The notes under the pieces: generated by a model
Told to the model about the DNA's origin: nothing
The model's input: only the letters and a program-made list of their open reading frames with translations
Database searches by the model: none
Assembly (NCBI GenBank): GCA_039924425.1
Contig: JBDTAX010000045.1
Coordinates: 5,064 to 69,063, forward strand
From: Pseudonocardiaceae bacterium
GTDB lineage: Bacteria; Actinomycetota; Actinomycetes; Mycobacteriales; Pseudonocardiaceae
Length of the DNA stretch: 64,000 nt
Direction of reading: 5' to 3'
Shown here: positions 1 to 6,952 of the stretch, in pieces
Numbering within the stretch: the stretch's first letter is position 1
Layout of the letters: the number at the start of each line of letters is the position of its first letter
Position numbers and translations under genes: made by a program

Positions 1-49
1 CCGCGACCCCGGCGGCGATACCCAGGCTGAACCAGAGCATCCGCTTCAC
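1..49 (-). CDS. 5' end of a small hydrophobic protein gene running off the window (partial)
   Basis: Minus-strand GTG at 49 overlaps the TGA of the upstream DUF948 gene (GTGA). An in-frame ATG lies at 40. Translation V-K-R-M-L-W-F-S-L-G-I-A-A-G-V-A looks like a TM N-terminus. Only about 16 codons are visible. Confidence 0.3.
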   Translation of the reverse strand, partial: MKRMLWFSLGIAAGVA

Positions 50-453
50 CGCGTGCTCCCTTTCGCTCGCCGCCCCCGTGACCGACGCCTGGACGCCTCG
101 TCCTTGTCGCGGCGGCTACGCATCGCTTTGCTCACGCCATAGGATAGCGCCGCCACCCGCACCAACGGCCCGCCGAGGGTCGCGGTGAACAGCGAGGTCA
201 GCGCCGAGACGTTGCCGGTCACCGCTTGGGCGCTGGCGGTGATCCCGTCTATCCGTTCCAACTGGGCGTTGACCTGCGTGACGGTCGTGTTCGCGCCGCG
301 CAGCAGCGGATCGGAATCCTCGCTGGCCTTGCGGATCGCCAGCGTCGCCTGATCCAGCGTGCGACCCAGCTTGACCAACGGCCCGGCCAACAAACCAACT
401 AGGATGACAAACGCGCCAGCGGCAATCAGCGCGGCAATCTGACCTGCCGACAC
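46..453 (-). CDS. DUF948-like membrane protein
   Basis: 135-aa ORF. N-terminal TM helix (IAALIAAGAFVILVGLLAG) is followed by an Ala/Thr/Gln-rich helical region and a basic tail, as I remember for DUF948/YtxH-like actinobacterial proteins. GTG start is preceded by GAGGAGGG. Confidence 0.7.
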   Translation of the reverse strand: MSAGQIAALIAAGAFVILVGLLAGPLVKLGRTLDQATLAIRKASEDSDPLLRGANTTVTQVNAQLERIDGITASAQAVTGNVSALTSLFTATLGGPLVRVAALSYGVSKAMRSRRDKDEASRRRSRGRRAKGSTR

Positions 454-624
454 GTGCCCTCCTCACCGATCGTGGTCGACCGGTCGCGGCGGGCTACGCC
501 ACGCCGGTGATGGGCGGTCAGGCTACCGGACAGCGCCCCAGACTGAGCACGCAGCCTGGGCACGCGGGACCGATCACACACGACCGAGCACACAGGATGC
601 CATTGACGACAGATCGTCATCCAT

Positions 625-643
625 TATGGTTAGCCTGTCCTAA
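625..643. promoter_or_regulatory. IdeR/DmdR-type iron box upstream of the NIS siderophore operon
   Basis: TATGGTTAGCCTGTCCTAA matches the 19-bp consensus TTAGGTTAGGCTAACCTAA at 14 of 19 positions (my hand alignment). It lies about 35 nt upstream of the proposed GTG start at 679. Confidence 0.6.
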
Positions 644-678
644 AAGTGAGGCGAGCTCATCAGGGGGAGGCAAGCACG

Positions 679-2592
679 GTGAGCGTTGCGGCCCAGACGG
701 ATCCGTCCTGTTCTCTACGGCCCGCTTGGGCCGTGCGCCAAGCGCGAGCGGCGGCGCTGGGCAAGCTGTGGATCGCGCTGTCGCGGGAGCGGATCGAGGG
801 TCTCGTCCCGAGCGCCAGCGCCGGCCGCGCGCTGCTCCTGCTCTCCGACGGCAGCCGGCTGTCCGCCCCACCCGCGATCGCTGACGCCTTCGCCGAGCAC
901 CCGGCTGGCCTGACCGTCGCCCTGTATCCAACCACCCCGCATCCGGCGCCGCCGCAGCTGATCGACCACCCGGTCGCGCTGCTCAGCGCGGTCCTGGCGG
1001 CCCGGCCCCACGGTGGCGACACTGGCGACACCGACCGGTGGTGCCAACTGTCCGCCGAGCTCGATGACAGCGTCGCCAACCACGCGCTGGCGCTCGTCGG
1101 CGAGTCCCGGCGGCGGGAACGACTGGGTGCTGACTATGCCCCCAGGGACAACTCGCTGCGCTGGGCGGCGCGCCGCGCCGCCGCCGACCCAGGTTTCAGC
1201 CCACTCGCCCTGTTCGAACAGGCCGTCGTCGATGGGCATCCGCTGCACCCGTGCGCGCGGGTGCGCGGCGGGATGACCGTGGCGGAGCTGTTCGCCTACG
1301 CGCCGGAGTTAGCCGACGAGGTCGACGTCCGGATCGTCGCCATCGCCAGGTCGTCCTTCACCCAGGCAGCGTTCGCGCAGGTGTCATCCAAACGGCGCGG
1401 GATGACCGAGCTGCTGCGCCGCTGGCACCCGGCGGTCGCGCGGGCCGCCGACGCGCACCTGCGCGGCCTTCGGCGGGATCCGGCCGACTACGAGTTGCTA
1501 CCGGTCCACCCGTGGCAGCTAAGCCGCACGGTGCTCGACCACACGGTGCTCGACCGCTATGGCGACGCGCTCGCCGAAGGGCGCGTCATCGTCATTACCC
1601 GAGCGGGCATCCGCGCTCGGCCGCTGCTGTCGCTGCGCACCCTCGCCCCCGCGACGAACCGGCGGGCAGCTCACCTCAAGACCGCGGTCGACATCCGGCT
1701 GACCACCGCGATCCGCGTCGTGTCGCCCGCAACCGCGCACAACGGCCCGGTGGTGTCCGCGCTGCTGACCGAGATCGGCCGGCGCGAGCACGGCTTCGGC
1801 GGGCGGTTCGTCAGTCTCGCCGAGTTGGCCAGCGGGAGCTACCGGCCAGCGCCGGGTGAACCCCTCGACGGCGCGGCCAGTCTCGCCGCGATCGCCCGGG
1901 AGTCCCCGGAGCGGCACGTCGGCGACGGCGAGCTCGCGCTTCCGGTCGCCGCGCTGGCCGCCCGCTCGCCGCGCTGCGGCCGGCCGATGTTTGGCGAAGT
2001 GCTCGATGAACTGGCGTCGGCGCACCAACGCGCACGCTCCGACACCGCCGAGCGCTTCCTCGCCAGTTACTGCGACTGCGCGCTGCCCGCACTGTTCACC
2101 TTGTTGTCCCGCTGGGGGGTCGCGCTGGAGCCACACGGGCAGAACGCGGTCGTGGTGCTGCGGGACGGCCTGCCGGTACGGCTGCTCTACCGCGACTTCG
2201 GCGGCATCCGGGTCAGCGCGGCGCGCCTGGCGCGCGGCGGCCTGCGCCCACCGGCCCTGCTCGGCGCACTGGCGACCGAGGACGAAGACCAGCTCCGGGC
2301 CGCCTTGTTCTTCCCCTTGGTCGTCACCAACCTCAGCCAGGTCGTCGCCGCGCTCGCCAGGGTGAGCCAGACCGATGGCGAACGCTTGTGGCGGCTGGTT
2401 GCCCGGTGCTGCCGATCGGCCTACGCGACGCTCACCGCGGACCCCGCCATCGCACGGCAAGCCGGCCGAGACGAGGCCGCCCTGTTCGGCCCCACCCTCC
2501 CCGCCAAGTCCATGTTGCGGGTTCAGATGGCCGCCGACCCGCATGTCCCCCAGTGGGTGGCGGTACCCAATCCGCTGGTGGCAGCCGAATGA
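679..2592 (+). CDS. IucA/IucC-family NIS siderophore synthetase (1 of 2)
   Basis: ORF 646..2592. Likely start is GTG 679, 9 nt after GGGGGAGG (663-670). Family hallmarks are DGHPLHPCARVRGGM and LEPHGQNAVVVLRDGLPVRLLYRDFGGIRV. The stop overlaps the next start (ATGA at 2589-2592). Confidence 0.9.
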   Translation: MSVAAQTDPSCSLRPAWAVRQARAAALGKLWIALSRERIEGLVPSASAGRALLLLSDGSRLSAPPAIADAFAEHPAGLTVALYPTTPHPAPPQLIDHPVALLSAVLAARPHGGDTGDTDRWCQLSAELDDSVANHALALVGESRRRERLGADYAPRDNSLRWAARRAAADPGFSPLALFEQAVVDGHPLHPCARVRGGMTVAELFAYAPELADEVDVRIVAIARSSFTQAAFAQVSSKRRGMTELLRRWHPAVARAADAHLRGLRRDPADYELLPVHPWQLSRTVLDHTVLDRYGDALAEGRVIVITRAGIRARPLLSLRTLAPATNRRAAHLKTAVDIRLTTAIRVVSPATAHNGPVVSALLTEIGRREHGFGGRFVSLAELASGSYRPAPGEPLDGAASLAAIARESPERHVGDGELALPVAALAARSPRCGRPMFGEVLDELASAHQRARSDTAERFLASYCDCALPALFTLLSRWGVALEPHGQNAVVVLRDGLPVRLLYRDFGGIRVSAARLARGGLRPPALLGALATEDEDQLRAALFFPLVVTNLSQVVAALARVSQTDGERLWRLVARCCRSAYATLTADPAIARQAGRDEAALFGPTLPAKSMLRVQMAADPHVPQWVAVPNPLVAAE

Positions 2593-4607
2593 GCAGCTAC
2601 GGCATCATCCCAGAACATCCGCAACTCCACACGATCGAGGAGCTGCGGATGTATGAGACGCTGGCGGCGACCGCGCCGCGGTACGCCAGCGCGTTCCTCA
2701 AGCACCTGCCCAGGGCGCGGAGCGTGGTTTTGCGCCGGCTGCTCGCGGCCCTGTGGCGAGAGGACGTTGGCGGGATCCGGACAGCCAGCCGCCGTCTCGA
2801 CGCCCACCCGGGCCACCGCGCGGACTTGCTGGCGCTGGCGTCACTGCTGGGCGGTGTTCAGGCCGGTGGCTGGCACGCCCACGAGCTGGACGCCGCGACG
2901 GTGCTGGCTTTCCCGATCCGCGCCGAACACGCCTTCGACAACATCACGCTGGGCCACCCGGTGCTGTGCCTGCGGGACGGCGAGACGACCGTGATCGCCG
3001 CACCGCACGATCTCGTCGAGCTGCTGGCCGGCCGCGCTCCCGCCCCGGTTTGGTGGTCGTTCGCCACCGAGCTCGTGGACGCCGTGACCAACCTCGCCCT
3101 GGCCTACGCCCGAGCCGAGGAGCAGCGGCTGGCCCTACTCCGGCGCGACGCGCCGGACACGGCGGGTCGCGCGCGGATGCTCGGCGAGCGGGAGACGCCC
3201 GGAGAGGTGCTGGTGTTCTTCGAGCGACTCAACACCGAGGGGCACAACCTGCACCCGTGCGGGCGCGGCCGGTTGGGGATGTCACCAGCCGCCGTGCTGC
3301 GCCACGACCTGGAGTCCGACACGCCCACCGATTTGATCATGGTGGGCGTCCGCCGTGAGCGCGTCGAGTCCACACCCGATGCGCGCGGCCGCGACATCGG
3401 GCAGCTGCTGTGCGCCGAGTACCCGAGACTCGCCACCGCCATCGGTGCACAGCTCGACCCCACCGGTTATGTGTTCCTGCCCGTGCACGCCTGGCAGCTC
3501 GAGCAGGTCGTCGTCCCGCTGTTCGCCGAGGAGATCGCGGTGGGCACGGTGGTTCCCGTGCCCACCGCCCGGCTGGCTGGGGTGCCGACGTCCAGCCTGC
3601 GGACGTTGCTCACCGAGCGCTCCCCCGCGGGCCGGCGCCTGCTCGTCAAGACCGCGCTCGACACGCTGATCGGCTCGACCCAGCGGTCCATCTCCGCGCA
3701 CACGACGAACAACGGCCCGGTGTACAGCCGGCTGCTCCAGCGGGCCATTGCCCGTGAGCCGGTGCTGGCCGAGCGGATCGTCCTGCTCGAGGAGCTCACT
3801 GGGGCCAGTTACCTGCCGCCGGCCCACGCTCCGGATCCCGACGGCCGCTCCCGCGCGCTATCCGCGCTCGTCCGCCGCGACATCAGCGACTACCTGCACC
3901 CCGACGAGCTGCCGGTGCCCGGCTGCGCGCTGCCCGCCCGCGCGCCGCTGACGGAGTCCAGCGTTCTAGTCGAGCTCGTCACCCGCTACGGCACGACACG
4001 CGGCGAGCCAGACCTGGGCACGGCCGGGCTGGGCTTCGCGCAGGAGTACGCCGCGCTGCTGCTGCCGGTGAGCGTGATTCTGATGACCAAATACGGCATC
4101 GCGCTGGAGGCCCACCTGCAGAACTGCATCGTCACCTTCGTCGACGCCGTGCCCACCCGGTTGGTGTTGCGGGACTGGGGCGGGATGCGAATCTACCCGC
4201 CGCGGCTGCGCCGGCAGGGGCTGCCCTTCACCCCCCGGCCGGGAGCGGTCACGGTGACCGACGACGTGCACGTGATGCGGGCCAAGATGCTGTACACCGT
4301 GCTGTCGAACCACCTCGGGGAGATCGTGGCCCACCTGGTCGCGCGGTGCGGCGTCGACCCGCACGCGGCGTGGCGGCGCGTGCGGGCGATCCTGGAGGAG
4401 CTCCTCACCGGCTTGGACGCCGATCCGGCGCTGCGCGAGGACGTCGCCGCTGATCGCGCCGCGCTGTTCGCGCCGACGGTGCCCGTCAAGGCGTTCGCCC
4501 GAATGCGGCTGGATCCAGCCGGCGGCGACCAGTACGCGCAGGTGCGCAACCCGCTGCACGAGCACGCGTGGGCACCATGTCTTGCGCTGAGCACGCGGCG
4601 GCGTTGA
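2589..4607 (+). CDS. IucA/IucC-family NIS siderophore synthetase (2 of 2)
   Basis: In-frame ATG at 2589 within ORF 2388..4607, translationally coupled to the upstream gene. Motifs are NTEGHNLHPCGRGRLGM and LEAHLQNCIVTFVDAVPTRLVLRDWGGMRI. The upstream 67 codons are Arg/Pro-rich shadow sequence overlapping the previous gene. Confidence 0.9.
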   Translation: MSSYGIIPEHPQLHTIEELRMYETLAATAPRYASAFLKHLPRARSVVLRRLLAALWREDVGGIRTASRRLDAHPGHRADLLALASLLGGVQAGGWHAHELDAATVLAFPIRAEHAFDNITLGHPVLCLRDGETTVIAAPHDLVELLAGRAPAPVWWSFATELVDAVTNLALAYARAEEQRLALLRRDAPDTAGRARMLGERETPGEVLVFFERLNTEGHNLHPCGRGRLGMSPAAVLRHDLESDTPTDLIMVGVRRERVESTPDARGRDIGQLLCAEYPRLATAIGAQLDPTGYVFLPVHAWQLEQVVVPLFAEEIAVGTVVPVPTARLAGVPTSSLRTLLTERSPAGRRLLVKTALDTLIGSTQRSISAHTTNNGPVYSRLLQRAIAREPVLAERIVLLEELTGASYLPPAHAPDPDGRSRALSALVRRDISDYLHPDELPVPGCALPARAPLTESSVLVELVTRYGTTRGEPDLGTAGLGFAQEYAALLLPVSVILMTKYGIALEAHLQNCIVTFVDAVPTRLVLRDWGGMRIYPPRLRRQGLPFTPRPGAVTVTDDVHVMRAKMLYTVLSNHLGEIVAHLVARCGVDPHAAWRRVRAILEELLTGLDADPALREDVAADRAALFAPTVPVKAFARMRLDPAGGDQYAQVRNPLHEHAWAPCLALSTRRR

Positions 4608-5974
4608 CCGCCCAAGCTTTGCGACCGCGAGGGCCCGCCTGGGACCGGGTGCGCGAGGTGCTGCGCGGGCAGGCAGCCGGCGAGCAGCCGGTGTGCGCGT
4701 ACGTCTACGACCTCGATGCGCTCCTCGAGCGGGCCGAGGCGGTCCGCGTAGCGCTGCCGGGGCGGTGCGAGCTGTACTACGCGGTCAAGGCCAACAGTCA
4801 TCCCGCGGTGCTGAGCACGCTGGCGAAGCACGTCACGGGGTTCGAGGTGGCCTCGCTGGGCGAGATCGACAAGGCGCTCGCCGCGGGCGCGTCGCGGCTG
4901 GCGTTCAGCGGCCCGGCCAAGACCGACGCGGAGATCGCCGGCGCGCTGCGGGCCGGCCTGGGCCTGCTCAACGTGGAGAGCCTGCACGAGCTGCGCCGGG
5001 TGGGACTGATCGGGGCGCGGCTGGGTGTCCAGGTGCCGGTTGCGCTGCGAGTGAACCGGCGCTCCAGCGGCCTGGCGGGCGAGCTGCGGCGGATGGCCGG
5101 AACCGCCACCCAGTTCGGGATCGACGAGACCCTGCTAACGCAGGCGGTGGAGCTGGCCCGCTCACTGGCGGCAGCGGTGCGGCTGCGCGGTTTTCACCTG
5201 CACGCGGCCTCGAACAACCTCGACGCGGCCGCGCACGCCCGCTTCGTGGCCGACAGCGTGGCATGGTGCGTCCAGCAGGCGGCCCGACACCACATCGACC
5301 TGGACGTCATCGACGTCGGCGGCGGCATCGGCGTGCCCTACACCGGTGGTGCGGGCTTCGACCTGCCCCGCTTCGCCGCCGGGCTCAGCGCCGTGATGGA
5401 CCAGCTACCTCCCGGCGTGCGGTTGATCTTCGAGCTGGGTCGGTTCCTGGTGGCCGAGGCTGGTTGGTACGCCGCCGAGGTGCTCGACCTCAAGTACACC
5501 CACGGCCGTCATTTCGCGGTGCTGCGCGGCGGGACCCACCACTTCCGGCTGCCGGCCGCCTGGGGATACAGTCACCCGTTCGCGGTGCTACCGATCGAGA
5601 CGTGGCGCTACCCGTTCGTCCGGCCGGAGATACGCGCGGTGTGTGTCGACGTCGCCGGTGAGCTGTGCACCCCCCGGGACGTGCTCGCCCGGGGAGTCTG
5701 GGTCGAGCGGCTGCGCGTCGGTGACATTGTGGTGTTCCCGCTGGCTGGGGCATACGGCTGGGAGATCTCCCACCACGACTTCCTCAGCCATCCCCACCCC
5801 ACCCAACTCGTCCTGGCGCCGGCGTTACGAGCGCCCCACGCTCGCCCCGAAGTCAAAAACGATCCTGAAACGACCCGTGGGACGGGAGTGACTGCTGAGC
5901 TTTCTGGGAGCCTTGCACTACGGGAGCAGCGATCACCCCACGCTACCCGCCGACTTTCTCTAAAGAGTGAATAG
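4568..5974 (+). CDS. PLP-dependent fold-type III decarboxylase (Orn/DAP/Arg decarboxylase family; SbnH/PvsE-like by context)
   Basis: YAVKANSHPAV contains the PLP-binding Lys motif. HLHAASN, IDVGGGIGVPY, AGELCTPRDVL and AGAYGWE are also present. An alternative start ATG lies at 4577. The last ~50 codons look non-conserved, and the stop (TAG 5972-5974) lies inside the first tandem-repeat unit. Confidence 0.85.
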   Translation: MGTMSCAEHAAALTAQALRPRGPAWDRVREVLRGQAAGEQPVCAYVYDLDALLERAEAVRVALPGRCELYYAVKANSHPAVLSTLAKHVTGFEVASLGEIDKALAAGASRLAFSGPAKTDAEIAGALRAGLGLLNVESLHELRRVGLIGARLGVQVPVALRVNRRSSGLAGELRRMAGTATQFGIDETLLTQAVELARSLAAAVRLRGFHLHAASNNLDAAAHARFVADSVAWCVQQAARHHIDLDVIDVGGGIGVPYTGGAGFDLPRFAAGLSAVMDQLPPGVRLIFELGRFLVAEAGWYAAEVLDLKYTHGRHFAVLRGGTHHFRLPAAWGYSHPFAVLPIETWRYPFVRPEIRAVCVDVAGELCTPRDVLARGVWVERLRVGDIVVFPLAGAYGWEISHHDFLSHPHPTQLVLAPALRAPHARPEVKNDPETTRGTGVTAELSGSLALREQRSPHATRRLSLKSE

Positions 5975-6177
5975 TCAACATTGTTGGAGACGCTGGCCAA
6001 TGGTCCGAAATTTCGTTCAACCTGTTCACTCTCTGAATACAAATGATCGCCCCATGTCATCGGCCAACTTGCTCTAACGAGTGAATAGTCAACATTGTTG
6101 GAGATACGGGGCAATGGTCCGATATTCGGTTTGATCGGTTCACTCTCCGAGCACGAATAGTCGCCACGTGTTACCTG
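5957..6177. repeat. Two tandem imperfect direct repeats of about 115 bp, each with an internal 8-bp inverted repeat
   Basis: Unit 1 runs from about 5957 to 6071 and unit 2 from about 6072 to 6177. The shared core is GAGTGAATAGTCAACATTGTTGGAGA...GGCCAATGGTCCGA.ATTTCG.TT.A.C.GTTCACTCTC. AGAGTGAA and TTCACTCT arms lie about 60 nt apart in each unit. The tract is visibly lower in G+C than its flanks. Confidence 0.85.
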
Positions 6178-6208
6178 TTGATCCGCTTGAATAATTTTAG
6201 ATAAAACC

Positions 6209-6237
6209 TTGACGACAAGGGTGGCCGAGCGGATAGT
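6209..6237 (+). promoter_or_regulatory. Candidate housekeeping-sigma promoter for the peptide/S74 gene
   Basis: TTGACG (6209-6214), a 17-nt spacer, then GATAGT (6232-6237). It lies about 70 nt upstream of ATG 6309. This is pattern matching only. Confidence 0.35.
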
Positions 6238-6308
6238 TACTGGAACCAGTTGGGTGTACCGCAAGAGACCAACTGCTCCCATCAGGTTGACGAAAGGACT
6301 GATTCAAC

Positions 6309-6784
6309 ATGTTTAGCTTCGCTAGTCTTTTTTCTGCCATCACAGGTCTCCTCGGCGGGACGAGTGGCCTCACCAGTCTCGCCAGTACCGGGCTGAGTCT
6401 TGCCACCAGCGCGTTGAGCACTGCCACCGCCGCGTTGGGTTTGGGCACCAGTGCTCTTAGCGACCGCCGGCTCAAGTCCGATATTGTGGCGGTGGGTTGG
6501 AGTCGATGAACGACACCGGACCGGTCAACGGTTGCGAAGTTCTTGCCAAGCTCGATGCGTTGCCAGTGGCGACGTGGCGTTACCGGTGGGAGGCCACCGG
6601 TGTGCGCCATCTGGGCCCGATGGCCCAGGACTGGCATGCCGCATTCGGTTTAGGAAAGGGCGATACCACCATCCCGATGGTGGATTCCCACGGTGTGCTG
6701 GTGGTTGCGATACAGGCTCTACACCGTCAGCTGATCGAGCTGCGCGCCGAGGTTGACCAGATACATCAGCAGTTGGCTGACTGA
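6309..6784 (+). pseudogene. Uncharged Gly/Ser/Thr/Leu-rich N-terminal peptide joined to a peptidase-S74 intramolecular-chaperone autoprocessing domain; frame interrupted near 6490-6510
   Basis: ORF 6309..6509 encodes 50 uncharged residues followed by S-D-R-R-L-K-S-D-I, the S74 Ser/Lys dyad motif with 5-residue spacing. It stops after 66 aa. ORF 6497..6784, in a different frame, encodes the rest of an S74-like domain (LAKLDALPVATWRYRW, HLGPMAQDW, VLVVAIQALHRQLIELRAEV). Together they look like one gene split by a 1-nt frame change. Confidence 0.65.
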
Positions 6785-6805
6785 CTTCTCAGCTCGCCAC
6801 TGACC

Positions 6806-6846
6806 GCTCGGTTCGCCCGGCACGTTGCTCGCCGGGCGAACCGAGC
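6806..6846 (+). terminator. Hairpin between the S74 gene and the permease gene
   Basis: Perfect 16-bp arms GCTCGGTTCGCCCGGC (6806-6821) and GCCGGGCGAACCGAGC (6831-6846) with a 9-nt loop. There is no U-tract. Confidence 0.45.
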
Positions 6847-6952
6847 GCGCCCGCATACGGCACACGGCAGCGATCAAAGAATTGTGATGGCATTGCGATG
6901 ACAATGAGAAAATTCACTGGACACCTGCGCGGAATTGAGAACGGGTCGGCAC

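Noticed and set aside
5608-6282. 224-aa ORF on the - strand containing a repeated peptide (GD.....SESE......GPL...SNNVDYSL)
   Set aside because: The peptide repeat is simply the translation of the ~115-bp tandem DNA repeat. The ORF also overlaps the 3' part of the decarboxylase gene in antisense, and no start or RBS signal supports it.
6470-6510. Programmed -1 ribosomal frameshift joining the two S74 ORFs
   Set aside because: I see no X-XXY-YYZ slippery heptamer at the junction (the sequence is GTGGCGGTGGGTTGGAGTCGA) and no obvious downstream pseudoknot. A mutation or sequencing error is the simpler explanation.
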